Source: Pristiophorus japonicus
Taxonomy: Eukaryota
Assembly: GCF_044704955.1 (NCBI RefSeq)
Contig: NC_091977.1
Location: 74,958,001 to 75,022,000, forward strand
Direction: 5' to 3'
DNA: 64,000 nt
Shown: positions 25,140-38,319 of the stretch, one piece after another
Position numbering within the stretch: position 1 is the stretch's first letter
How the letters are laid out: each line of letters starts with the position of its first letter
Position numbers and translations under genes: made by a program
The notes under the pieces: model-generated
The model's database searches: none
What the model saw: the letters and a program-made list of their open reading frames with translations, nothing else
Told to the model about the DNA's origin: nothing

Positions 25140-26110
25140 GTTGCAGCCTCCATTCCTCTTCCTCCTCTTCTGCCTCCTCCTCGTCTTCCTCCTCCTCAGC
25201 TTCTCGCCTGATAGTTGGTAACAAGCGCAGTTCCCTCATGATGGCAAGTTTGTGCAGCATGCAGCAACCACAAAGCTTGAGACCCGTTCAGTCAAGTACT
25301 GCAGGGCTCCTCCAGAGCAATCAAGGCAGTGGAATCGTTGATTCAGGATGCCAATGGTCTGTTCTATCACATTTCTTGTGATAGCATGGCTCCCATTGCA
25401 TGCACGCTGCGCATGTTTGTGTGGGTTGTGAAATGTGTGGGTTGTGAACTGGAGTCATGAGCCATGTCTTCAGCGGATAACTCTTGTCGCCCAGTAGCTA
25501 CCCTTTGGTTTCAGTGGTGGCTAAAATACAACTGGCACAGCGGACAATCGCAGAATGAACGCATCATGACTGCTGCCAGGATACCGGGCATTGGCCTGCA
25601 TGAGGCGCTGCCTATGGTCACACATCAGCTGCATGTTGAGGGAGTTGAATCTCTTTCGGTTCAGGTACATGTTAGAGATGCACCCAAAGCAATGTGCATG
25701 CGGTCAATAGCAGCCTGCACCATGGGGAATCCTACAATCCTTGTGCTCGCTCTGCCTGCTTTTCTCTGACAAGAAGGAATTAAATCAGGCTATCTCATTG
25801 AATAGAGAGCCTCAGTGACCTCCCTTATGCAACAGTGCACTGCAAAGTGCTAGACGTTGTTAATATCTCCAACAGAAGCCTGAAAGGAGCCAGACAGACA
25901 AAAGTTTAGAGCCACAGTCATCTTCACAGCCACTGACAATGTGATACTTGCCCTGCTCTGAGGTTGCAGTTGTGGATGCAGAAGCTGGCAGATTTCAGTG
26001 ACGACCACTTTAGTGAGGTGCAAGCGTCTCAAACATTGGTCGTCGCTGAGGTTCCGGTAAAATAATTTCCCCCTAAACAGACTGGGTGGATATGGCCTCG
26101 GGCTGAGACC
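25140..26110 (-). pseudogene. Degraded HARBI1-like Harbinger transposase
   Basis: RRLHLTKVVVTEICQLL..LSVAVKMTVALNF..GSFQ, then GFPMVQAAID..HIA, and an acidic EEE tail at ~25150-25200. Confidence 0.75.
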
Positions 26111-26139
26111 ATTCTCCCCCTTAAAAATGGATTTGAAAT

Positions 26140-27365
26140 TGATTTTTGGACTCTAGAGGAATCAAGGGATATGGAGATCGGGCAGGAAAGTGGAGTTGAG
26201 GTCGATTATCAGCCATAAGGCTCAGAGACAGGAAGCAAAGTGTAATGGTTGATGGGTGTTTTTGTGACTGGAAGGCTGCATCCAGTGGGGTTCTGCAGGG
26301 CTCAGTGCTGGGTCCCTTACTTTGTGTGGTATATATCAATGACTTGGACCTTAATGTTGGGGGTGTGATTAAGAAGTTTGCAGATGACACTAAAATAGGC
26401 TGTGTGGTTGATAATGAAGAAGAAAGTTGCTGACTGCAGGAAGATATCAATGGTGGGCAGAACAGTGGCAAATGGAATTCAATCCAGATAAGTGTGAGGT
26501 AATGCATTTGGGGAGGTCGAACAAGGAAAGAGAATACACATTAAATGGTACGACACTGAAAAGTGTAGAGGAACAAAGGGACCTTGGAGTGCAGGTCCAC
26601 AGATCCCTGAAGGTAGCAGGCCAGGTAGATAAGGTGGTTAAGAAGGCATAGGGAATACTTGCCTTTATTATTCGAGGCATGGAATACAAGGGCAGGGAGG
26701 TTAAGTTTGAACTATATAAAACACTGGTTAGGCCGCAGCTAGAGTACTATGTGCAGTTCTGGTCACCGCATTACAGGAAAGATGTGATTACACTGGAAAG
26801 GGTGCAGAGGAGATTTACAAGAATGTTGCCTGGACTGGAGAATTTTGGCTCTGAGGAAAGATTGGAGATGCTGGATCTGTTTTCTTTGGAACAGAGGAAG
26901 CTGAGGGGAGACCTGATTGAGGTGTATAACATTATGAGGGGCCTGGTTAAAGTGGATAGGAAGGACCTGTTTCCCTTGGCAAAAGGGTCAACAACCAGGG
27001 AGAATAGTTTTAAAGTAATTGGGGGGAGGTATAGAGGAGAGATGAGGGGAAATTTTGTTACCCAGAGGATGGTGGGGGTCTGGAACTCACCGCCTGAAAG
27101 GATGGTAGAGGCAGAAACCCTCACCACATTTAAAAAATACTTGGATGTGCACTTAAAGTGCCGTAACCGACAGGGCTATGGACCAAGAGCTGAAAAGTGG
27201 GATTAGGCTGGATAGCTCTTGATCGGCCGGCACGGACACGATGGGCCGAAATGGCCTCATTCCGTGCTGTAAATTTCTATGATTCTATGATAATCTAATT
27301 GAATAGTGGAGCAGGCTTGAGGGGCCGTATGGCCTACTCCTGCTCCTATTTCTTATGTTCTTATG
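26140..27365 (+). mobile_element. CR1 3' portion plus adjacent short CR1 tails
   Basis: QGSVLGP, KFADDTKIG and RPQLEYYVQFWSP (26679-27206), with TTCTATGA and TTCTTATG tails. Confidence 0.88.
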
Positions 27366-27569
27366 TTTATATGTTCGACCTCTCCCTCTTCTAGCAGTTT
27401 GTCTTACTCTGCATGGCCTCTGATCAGTCTCTCAATCATGCTCTATTCCACGAGGAAGCCCTACTTGGCCACCCATATCTAGGAGCAACTGATCCTTCAG
27501 CACCTGACGCACCACTCCCTGTAGACTTTTGAAACTAGAAACAACTACGGAAAGCTCCAAAAACACATA

Positions 27570-28312
27570 GGCCTGAAAATTCCCGTCGGAGGCTTCCCGC
27601 CGGCAATTGCCTTCTGACCAGAGATTTTTTACGTTGAGTTCCAAAATAACAGCGCTGGGGTCAAATCAGCTAACATCATGATCTGCGCTGTGAAGCGCGC
27701 TCCCATCCAGAGGGTTCTCACGCACAAGATGTAGTCACGTGTGACTGCTCAGCCAATCAGGTAGGTAGTTCACAGGTTCCCATTACTAGCACTGAGACTC
27801 GCGTATCTACGAGTTCTCAGTGCTATTAATGGGAAATAAAAACAAACACACACTAATAAAAAATAAAAAACAGACCTCACATAATTGAAATTAATTGAAA
27901 TCAAAGTTAATAAATGCCTTAGAGAAAACCAAAATATTTCCGATTTCTTTTTAAGTTTTGTAATTCAGGTTAAAAATAAACTTACCTTAGTGGGCAGAGT
28001 TTTTAACAGTACAATGTGTTTATTTTATTTTATTGTATTTATGTGTGTTTTTAAACACTTACACCTGTAAAAGTAGGCTATGCGCCTGCTTTTTCAGGTG
28101 CAAGATTTTTGAGGACATTTGTTGGGCAAGATATGCGTAAATCCCGCAATCTTGCCTATGCAAATGTCCTCGCTCCCGATCTGCAGATGATTGACAGATC
28201 GGAAAAGCCGATTTTCAGCACATGCGCATTGCGCGCTGAAAACCGGCTTTTCCGATGCCTTCCCGGGTCCATAGAAACTTCGTACGGGCCCGGGACGTCA
28301 GAATATCCACCC
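27570..28312. mobile_element. Harbinger-type MITE
   Basis: Ends GGCCTGAAAATTCCCGTC.. / ..GACGTCAGAATATCCACCC are imperfectly inverted. No coding capacity. Confidence 0.45.
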
Positions 28313-28959
28313 CATAGAATTTAGCAGGAGCCAGAAGAAATCAACCAGCAACTAACCTGTACTTAGTTGTTGATCCCTTTATATAGTGCTGGTGAGGGGG
28401 GTCCTTCATGTTCCTTCACGTTGTGATCAGCTGCCCGAGGTTAAGAGAGGGCATTGGCTCGAGCGTCGAGCTCCAAAATAACAGCGTTGGGGTCAAATCA
28501 GCTAACATCATGATCTGCCTGCTCTGCATCCGCCAAATATACGTGTGCTAACAACTTTACCAATATGACATTTGGCGCGCTTCGTGTCAGGAGTGCACGC
28601 GCATGTCGCAGACACCATTTTGGAACCTTAAGAGGACTAATAGCCCCTAAAAGCCAGGTGCTACTGAGCCCAATTTCACCCCGAGTACTTTTAAAAGAGG
28701 AGGAGAGAAAATTCGTGTTATATATATATAGTATTTATTGAGTTTTAATCTTTCTAACCATTTTATCATGTGTAATTCAAAATGGCTTTCGGAATTATTT
28801 TTAACACACATATATATAACAAAACCAATTAGCATTCTTGTGTTTTACCAATATACATCCTAAAATATTTGGTTTACGATAACAATGTATCGTAATGATC
28901 TTTTCTGTAATTATCATAATATCAAAATATACTGCTGAAACTGTCACGTGTTTTCTGTA

Positions 28960-31900
28960 TTGCCTTCGGTCACCTGAGGAAGAGAGTATTTGAAGATCAG
29001 GACCTCAAACCTGACACCAAGCTCATAGTCTACAGAGCAGTGGTGATACCTGCCCTACTATATGGCTCAGAGACATGGACTATTACAGCAGGCACCTCAA
29101 AGCATGAGAGAAGTAACACTGGTGCTGCCTCCACAAGGTCCTGCAAATCCATTGGCAGGATAGGTACACCAACGTCAGTGTCCTCGCTCAGGCCAACATC
29201 CCCAGCATCGAAGCACGGACCATGCTCAATCAGCTCTGCTGGATGGGGCACATTGTCCATGTTATATATGCAGACTATAGATATACTGTCTGTGTAGTCA
29301 CTGTATAGTTGCATAAGATGGAGACGTGTTACCTAATGTACTATCAATAAGGTTTACACTGTGTATATACTATGCTGGCACCACTAGAGGGTGCAACTGG
29401 TGGAGACTGGGGTTTCCTTCCCCTGTGACAGAGGCTGTCCACCAGTGGGCATTATAGTGGGAGACCTGAGGGTCACCTGCAAAGGTGTGCAGGGTCCAAT
29501 ATAAAATGCTGCCCACCATGCTTGTGTCTCACTCTGGAGTTACGAATAAAGGACCAAGGTCACTACAGTTTGACTACAACACATTGCCTCGTGGACTCAT
29601 TCATAAGTCATAACAACTGGCAACGAGAATACGGACTTTCATGCGATTATGGCTAACTTTGGCGCACTAAAAGACTTCAGAGGGTGACAATTGGGATGCC
29701 TTCACGGAAAGGCTCGAGCAATATTTCGTGGCAAATGACTTGGCAGGGGAGACGGACACATTGGCGGAGAAGCGCAAGGCTATACTGCTGACCAGTTGTG
29801 GGCCCTAGGTCTACCGCCTTGTCAGGGATTTGCTGGCACCCACGAATGCCAAGGATAAGACATACGATGAGCTGACTGAACTAATTCGCGACCAACTAAA
29901 ACCAAAACAGAGCATCCTCACGGCCAGGCACAGATTCTACACTCACCACAGATCTGAGGGCCAGGAGCTTGCAAAATATGTTGCCGATCTCAGGAGACTT
30001 GTGGCACCATGTGATTTCAGCACACACCTCAACGAAGCATTGTGAGACATTTTCATTATAGGAATTGGCCACGAGGGCCTGCTTCACAAGCTATTATCTG
30101 CCGACACCACAGTCAACCTGCAGAAGGCCATCAGCATCAGTCAGGCGTTCATGACCTCGACCTGCAGCACCAAGCAAATTATTCATCCTGTGGACTCAAA
30201 CTCAGTAAGTACTGTACACAGAATGGTGCCTTTCACAGGCAAGACTGTAGAATGTGGCTCTGCCCAGGACAGAGAGCAAGACCTCAGGGTTCCAGAACTC
30301 AGAGTCCACCGAGGGGTGCTAATCGATTAGCACCATGCTGGCATTGCAGAGGAAACCTTAGGGCTGACCAGTGTCCGTTTCCTGAGTACATATGCACAGC
30401 CTGTAACACGAAGGGCCACCTCCAACGTGTGTAAAAGAAATACGATTCACTGTCTAGCAGAGGAGTCAGTAGATGACTTTGAATCCAGCGGGGAGTATGA
30501 TGATTTGGTCAGAGAGGCAGCTCAGCCCCAAGAAGAAGTGTATGGAATGTATACCTGCACCACTGATTGTCCTCCAGTGAAGATGGAAGTCGAGATAAAC
30601 GGCGTTCCTGTCTTCATGGAAGTGGACACAGGAGCGAGCCAGTCAGTGATGAGCCAGGATGCCTTTGAGAGGCTATGGAACGAAAAATGAGTCGAGCTGG
30701 TTCGAGTACAGGAAAAGCTGCGCACCTACACCAAGGAGCTGATCCCAGTCCTTGGTAGTGCGAATGTAAGTGTAATCCATAATGGCGTGGTGCGCAAGTT
30801 ACCTCTGTGGATTGTTGCAGGTGATGGTCCAACGCTACTCAGAAGAAGGTGGATGGGGAAAATCCAGTGGAAATGGGAAGACCTCTTCACTCCAGCAATC
30901 GATGTCCCCCATGCTCAGAGGCAGAGCAAAACCTCACCTTCACTTGGGCCAGGCACCAGAGAACAGACCAGCATAGCACCTGAAGCACAGACCATCCATC
31001 ATGACTGCGTGGCAATGATCCGACCAGAACGACCTAAAAGTACCTTCCCGGCTCCAGTGGCAGGACTCCTGGGGAGGAAGATCGAATGCACAGGCACTCT
31101 TCCAGCTTTTGTGGCAGAATCGCGGGAGAGAAGGATCAAGGCAGTCGACCTCAAGGACAGAGGCAAGATGATGTTTCTGCTGCAGCGAGGTGCAGGGTGG
31201 CTGAAAAAAAAGATGGCCACAGCCATATCACGAGGTGTAACGCTGAGGGACCAACACGTGGTGTCTAACAAAGAATTTGATTGGGGTAAAGCCAGCAGGG
31301 TTCTCTTAAAGGAGACCTGCAACCAACTGAACTTAAAGAGACATTGTGTGCATGGCAATCAATGTAACGAACCGATTAAGATTGTAAACAAAATATTGTT
31401 GCGAGATGTCGGGAATAGAGTGTCCCCAAAAGTACCAAGCGAGCGAATTCTGGAGGGTAAAGGCGCTGATCCTGTCCCAGGTGTCCCCAGAAGTTATAGG
31501 CCAGCAACCTCAGGAGGGTGAAGGCACTGATCCTGATACCCTGCCCCAGGTCTGTCCCAGGCTGCAGGCAACCGATGGCACTATTGCCACGGACCTGGAA
31601 ACGAAAATGGCGCCAATACACACAGTCGGCCGCCGTTGCCCACCACCCGGGTGGAGACGGCACAGCCCCCAGACCCAGTCGTTATCTCGGCCATGTCTGG
31701 GAGTGAAAGGTCAGAACCAATGAATTCCCGAAACGGGACCTGGAACAGCCAGGTTTCCAACACCATTAGAGAGCAGGCAGAAGATTCTGCAGCCCTCAAA
31801 GGAGGACAGGGAGGCCACAATCTGCCCACCACTAGGCAGCGGCAAAGACCCTGAGTCCTGGCAATGTGTGCGAACTAAGCCCAACCCGCTAGCAGGGGGC

Positions 31901-33110
31901 GCAATGCTGCTACCAGACGACTAGGACTCTTCCGGTTGCTCTGGAATCTGCGTCCTCGCATACCTGTACTGCTACTTCAGTACTTACCATGACTGAACCA
32001 TAAATGCAATCTACCCAATCCTGGCGCACGACTGCAAAACTTAACGAATATAAGTCACTGAACCAAGATGTCACGATACAAACTCTAACTTCCTTTCTTT
32101 CTACTTGCACTGTGTCTGCTCCTGTATGTTAATGTAATGGGCCTGCTGCACAATCTCGCTGTGGCGGGGAGGCGGTGGTGGGTGGAAATGGATGTATGTA
32201 GCCATGGACACACACATGGATCACACCCAGAACCCACTGGAACCTCCACTGCATCATCGAACCATCCAAACTGGTAACCACTACCCAACGTTGTGGCAAA
32301 AGGATTTGGGGGTTAACAGGGAGAGAGCTAAGCCAAAGCACAGCCAATGTGCAAGGGCTATTGGCACATAAGTCTGGGAAGAGCTAAGCCAGAGCACTTA
32401 GTGCAAAGGTAATCGGCACAATGGAGTTGGGGGAGAGTGATGTTATATATGCAGACTATATATATACTGTCTGTGTAGTCACTGTATAGTTGCATAAGAT
32501 AGAGACTTGTTACCTGATGTACTATCAATAAAGTTTACACTGTGTATATGCTATGCTGGCACCACTAGAGGGTGCACTGGTGGAGAATAGAGTTTCCTGC
32601 CCCTGTGGCAGAGGCTGTCCACCAGAGGGCACTGAGGTGAGAGACCTGAGGGTCACCTGCATAGGTGTGCAGGGCCCAGTATAAAAGGCTACCCACCATG
32701 CTTGTACCTCACTCTGGAATTATGAATAAAGAACCAAGGTCACTACAGTTTGAGTACAACACATTGCCTCATGGAGTCATTCATAAGTGCATTACAGACC
32801 AATCAGTCCGCAAGCCTGACATGAGAGTCCCAAAACAAGCGCTCTACTTGGAGCTCCGACACGGCAAGCGAGCCTCAGGTGTGCAGAGGAAACGCTTCAA
32901 GGACACCCTCAAAGCCTCCTTGAAAAAGTGTAACATCCCCACCAACACCTAGGAATCCTTGGCCCAAGACCAGACACCCCACCCTCCCGTTCCTTCAACC
33001 ACCATTTGCCCCACCTGTGACAGAGCATTGGACTCTTCCATCATCTGAGAACTCATTTTTAGTGTGAAAGCAAATCATCCTCGACTCTGAGGGACTGCCT
33101 ATGATTATGA
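28960..33110 (+). mobile_element. RTE 3' fragment interrupted by an LTR element
   Basis: [17 protein letters not shown] (29031-29080) continues after the insert as PKQALYLELRHGKR..RFKDTLKASLK. Ends GGGACTGCCTATGATTATGA. Confidence 0.88.
29260..32805 (+). mobile_element. Non-autonomous Gypsy-type LTR element (gag + protease, no RT/RH/IN)
   Basis: LTRs at 29260-29615 and 32441-32805 (TGTTATATAT..CA) with TSD GTCCA/GTCCG. PBS-like TGGCAACGAG at 29618 and PPT GGGGGAGAGTGA. Gag knuckles CWHC..C..CTACNTKGH and protease MEVDTGASQS (30616-30645). Confidence 0.88.
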
Positions 33111-33660
33111 ATATATCATGGGCCCTTCGATGAGAATTTCTGCATGATTTTGCAGGGAGTAGAAGTTGCATTTTCCAACACATCAGTTGTAAATATTTCA
33201 CTATGCATACTGGAGTACTTCCACTTATATTCATTCACATGTTCTGTTTTTAGAAAATGCGAACTACAGCAATTATTGTTAGCATGCTGTCACATCAGTG
33301 CGAAGGCATACTGTATTTAGGTTCATTTCATGACAAGGATGCACTTGCTTCTCTACAATGACAGGCTTGATGTATTTTAGTGACAGCAAGATTTTTTCTC
33401 TTTTACTTTAGTGAACTATTCTTGTTTTAATGCTACTTAAGTATAGTTTCTGACAAGTCTACATTATTTAAATTGCCCGTTCCCTAGCTTAACGAGTTGC
33501 TTTGAATGACCTTATAGTTAACTTTTCTTTTGCAGTCACAACACTCTTTTTGTTCATTATTAAAAACATCACTTGATTGCTAACGGATAGCAATTATTTT
33601 AAAATATATTTTGTAAGAGAAGTTCCTAGGCAACCCGCAATGGAACAAATAAACCGTAAT

Positions 33661-34055
33661 GAATTATGATAATTGTGAAGCTTGCTGACAGGGCCCAAAT
33701 AGGCCAATAAGTATAAAATGTCGAACTTAGTCTACTTTTATAAAGCGTTTGAACCTGAAATTCCATGCCAGTTTTGGCATTTTTACAGCAACACATCAGG
33801 GCAACTCATTTTTTCAGTTCAACAAATTGGGGTAGAAACCATTTCTATGGAGCATCAGTCCAAACATCAATCCACCCCAAGTTTTCAAACATTTCATTTG
33901 GCCCTTCCTGCAAGCTACCCACCATGTCCCCAGACTTTTAATTTAAATGTCTTGAAATAAGGGTCATTGATGCTGTAACTCTGAATTTCCTGGTTTTATG
34001 CTTGCAATGCACCAATGCTAAGGTACAGTGAGAAAACTAAGGCGCAGCTGTTGTG
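33661..34055 (+). repeat. Left copy of a ~395 bp direct repeat flanking an RTE
   Basis: Near-identical to 36387-36779; compare ORFs 33718-33960 and 36451-36693. Confidence 0.95.
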
Positions 34056-36386
34056 CTGAATGCCCACAGCGCTTGCTCTGTCCTCCAGGTCTCCATAACC
34101 AGTGCCTGTGAAGAGACACTTGGTTAATCAACCAGAAAACCCCAGGACTGGTTTGATGAAAATGATCTAGAGATCCAAGAACTAATAGATCGTAAACACA
34201 GAGTATTTCTGAGTCTCAAGTAACAACCCAACTCGGGAGCTGCAAAGCAACGTTACAGACGGCTCAAGGCTGAGGTCCAACAAAAAACCCGGGACCTAAA
34301 GAACAGGTGGTGGATGGAGAAATCACAGGAGATACAACAACAGGCTAACAGCCACGATATGCAAGGATTCTTCACCGCAGTCAAGGCCACATATGGTCCA
34401 AACTCCCAAGGCCCCACCCCACTCCTGGCCAAGAACGGGGAAACATTCATCAAGGACACCGAGGCTGTCAGGGCCCGCTGGAAGGAGCACTTTGAAGATC
34501 TCATCAATCGAGACTCTGCCTTTGACTCGAGTGTTCTCGACTCCATCCCGCAGCATGCGACCCCCCCCCCCCCAACCACCTCAGTGAAACCCCAACGCTG
34601 CACGAGGTAGGCAAAGCCATAAAACAGTTTAAGAATAACAAGGCTACGGGTGTGGATGGAATTTCTGATGAGGTGCTAATGTATGGCGGAGATGCGTTGT
34701 CCGTGCGGATACATGACTTCATCTCTCTCATTTGGAGGGAGGAGAGCATGCCGGGAGATCTCAGAGATGCAGTGAATGTCACCATCTTTAAAAAGAGGAA
34801 CAAGTCCGACTGCGGCAACTACAGGGGAATCTCCCTGCTATCAGCCACTGGGAACGTTGTCGCTAGAGTTCTCATCAACCGTCTTCTCCCTGTGGCCGAG
34901 GAGTTCCTCCCGGAATCACAGTGCGGATTTTGTCCCCTATGGGGCACAACGGACATGATCGTTGCAGCGCGACAGCTGCAGGAAAAATGCAGGGAGCAGC
35001 GCCAGCCCTTATATCTGGCATTTTTCGATCTTACAGAAGCCTTTGACACTGTCAACCGTGAGGGGTTATGGAGCGTCCTCCTCTGTTTTGGATGCCTCCA
35101 AAAGTTTGTCAACATCCTTTGCCTGCTCCACGATGACATGTTGGCTGTGATCCTTACCAGCGGTACCATTACAGACCTAATCCACATCCGGACTGGGGTC
35201 AAACAGGGCTGCGTCATTGCTCCAACCGTCTTCTCAATCTTCCTCGCTGCCATGCTCCACCTCACAGTCAACAAGCTCCCCGCTGGATTGGAACTAAACT
35301 ACAGAACCAGCGGGATGTTGTTTAACCTCTGCTGCCTCCAGGTCAGGTCCAAGATCACCCCAACCTCTGTCGTTGAGCTGCAGTATGCAGACGATGCTTG
35401 CGTCTGCGCACATTCTGAGGCTGAACTCCAGAATATAGTTGATGTATTCACCGAGGCATATGAAAACATGGGCCTTAAGCTTAACATCTGTAAGACAAAG
35501 GTCCTCCACCGGCCTGTTCTCGCCGCACAGCACTGCCCCCCAGTCGTCAAGATCCATGGCGCGACCCTCCATAACGTGGACCACTTCCCATACCTCGCGA
35601 GCCTTTTATCAACAAAGGCAGACATTGATGCGGAGATTCAACATCGCTTCCAGTGCGCCAGTGCAGTCTTTGGCCGCCTGAGGAAAAGAGTGTTTGAAGA
35701 CCAGGCCCTCAAATCTACCACCAAGCTGTAGTAATACCCGCCCTCCTGTACGGATCAGAGGCATGGACGATGTACAGAAGACACTTCAAGTCGCTGGAAA
35801 TATTTCACCAATGATGTCTCCGCAAGACCCTGCAGATCCCCTGGGAGGACAGGCGCACCAACATCAGTGTCCTCGCCCAGGCTAACATCCCCGGCATTGA
35901 AGCACTGACCACATTCGATCAGCTTCGTTGGGCAGGCCACATAGTTCGCATGCCAGACACGAGGCTTCCTAAGCAATTGCTCTATGCGGAGCTCCTTCAT
36001 GGCAAACAAGCCAAAGGTGAGCAACGGAAATGTTACAAGGACACCCTCAAAGCCTCCCTGGTAAAGTGCGACATCACCACTGACACCTGGGAGTCCCTGG
36101 CCGAAGACAGCCCTAGGTGGAGAAACTGCATCCGGGAGGGCGCTGAGCTCTTCGAATCTTCACGTTGCGAGTGTGAAGAGGTCAGGCAGCGGAAGGAGCG
36201 TGCGGCAAATCAGTCCCACCCCACCCTTCCCCCGACGAATGTCTGTCCTACTTGTAACAGGGTCTGTGGCTCTCGCATTGGACTGTTCAGCCATCAAAGG
36301 ACTCACTTTAGGAGTGGAAACAAGTCTTCCTCGATTCCGAGGGACTGCCTATGATGATGATGATGATTATGATGATGATGATGATG
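34056..36386 (+). mobile_element. 5'-truncated RTE LINE
   Basis: 359 aa RT ORF at 34652-35731 (NYRGISLLS, GVKQGCV, QYADD), C-terminal CPTC..C..H..H finger and a long (GAT)n tail at 36351-36386. Confidence 0.95.
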
Positions 36387-36779
36387 GAATTATGATAATG
36401 TGAAGCTTGCTGACAGGGCCAAAATAGGTCAATAAGTACAGACATAAAAAATGTCCAAATTAGTCTACTTTTATAAAGAGTTTGAACCTGAAATTCCATA
36501 CCAGTTTTGGCATTTTTATAGCAACACATCAGGACAACTCATTTTTTCAGTTCAACAAATTGGGGTAGAAGCCATTTCTATGGAGCATCAGTCCAAACAT
36601 CAATCCACCCCAAGTTTTCAAACATTTCATTTGACCCTTCCTGCAAGCTACCCACCATGTCCCCAGACGTTTAATTTAAATGCCTTGAAATAAGGGCCAT
36701 TGATGCTGTAACCCTGAATTTCCTGGTTTTATACTTGCAATGCACAATACAGTGAGAAAGCTAAGGTGCAGCTGTTGTG
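36387..36779 (+). repeat. Right copy of the ~395 bp direct repeat
   Basis: Starts immediately after the (GAT)n tail and ends at CAGCTGTTGTG, like the left copy. Confidence 0.95.
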
Positions 36780-37099
36780 AGCATCAGCTGGGACTGGCAG
36801 AAGCAAGGAATCTGAAGAGTATTGAAGGTTTCAGTAATGATTATTACAGCTGGGAATGACTTTTTGGAGCAATTATGTTGGCATTTTGCATACATATCCT
36901 TTGCCTTGCTTCGCAGCGTGTGAGACAACTGGGAGATTCTTAGCACCCCCTTCCCCACTCCCAGTCTATGCTTCTCAAGTTCAGCTATGTCATTCTTTAT
37001 AGGCATACCTTTATATTCCATTATCATGGAGGAGGAGGAGCAGCAGAGGATGGAGCAAATAAGAGTGAGGCAGCATCTCAGGAGAATTCATCCAACCAG

Positions 37100-37930
37100 A
37101 TATTAAACCCCATCTCGCCCCCAGAATATACAGACAGCACAGGTCCTAACAGGACCTTAGTGAGAAGATCTGTATTGGAAAAGTTTCAGCAAAGGGCCAA
37201 TAGGGGAATTAGCTCTGACATTTACTGCATGAGGACCTGCACCAAGGTCATTGCTCACACAGCTCTCTATGTGGCAATGAAGGTGGCACCAGTCATTTCA
37301 AACAGTCACGGGGGGGGTGGGGAGGCGGGGGGGTGTATTTATCAGCCAGGGTACAGAATGGGCAGGCATTTGTCAGGTGACTGATGCACTGGACAGGAGA
37401 CCTGCAGAATTCATTGACCTTGGCATCACAGCAGCGAGATAGGGCCATCCAGATTTATAGAATGGCAGGCTTTGCAAGATCCAGGATGCAATTGATGACA
37501 CCCATATTGCTTTATTAGCTCCTGTGGTTAACTCACTTCAATTTCTTCAACGGAAAGGGCTTCATGAATGTACAGATTTTGTGCATCAGTGTGCAAAGAA
37601 TCCTGTATGTCACTGCAGGATTTGCTGAAAGTTGTCATTATACATTCATCCTTAAGAATCTGAACGAAAATCATGTCAATGGAATGCTTTTGGGTGACAC
37701 CACTCTCTTGGATAATAAACCCGCAGTAAGAGCTGCTTGAACAGCAGCTGAGGAACATTACAATGAGGCATATGTCTCTACCAACGTGATCATTGAGAAA
37801 ATCATTGGGGTCTTAAAGGGGCACTTTTGCATCATTAACAGGTCAGGAGGGACTCTACAGTATGCGTCACTTCATGTGTCCTGCATAGTTGTAGTCTATT
37901 TTGCCCTACGCAACTTTGCCTGGACGTGAA
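37100..37930 (+). pseudogene. Highly degraded HARBI1-like transposase
   Basis: MAGF..IQDAIDDTHIA (~37460-37510) and IEKIIGVLKGHFCIINRSGGTLQY..LRNFA (~37790-37920). Confidence 0.7.
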
Positions 37931-38319
37931 CATTTCTAGGGAGGTGACGCTAGCTGCTTTACAAGCTGAAAAGCATGGAGGAGAGCATTAGGGTGATCAT
38001 CACCCCTCAGTGATTACTGCAAGGAGTATCAGAGCACAAATCTTTAGATGCATTGTTCGTTTACATCTAACTAATAATGCTGCCTTTTGGTGACACTCAT
38101 AAACAGATGGAATGTTGCAAGGATATTAAGGGTTACAGAACCAAGGCAGGTACATAGACTTAAGATACAGATCAGCCATGATCTAATTGAATGGCGGAAC
38201 AGGCTCGAAGGACTAAATGGCCTACTCCTGTTCTGTGTTCCTAACTGATCACTGAAGTCTTCTTTTTTTAAAAACGAAAGTCATCACTGCCTTAACTCCT
38301 CTTCTTCTACGTTCAAATA

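Noticed and set aside
33718-36693. Two paralogous 80-aa ORFs as a gene pair, or the repeats as LTRs
   Set aside because: They lie within the flank duplication, show no recognisable domain, and lack TG..CA, PBS and PPT.
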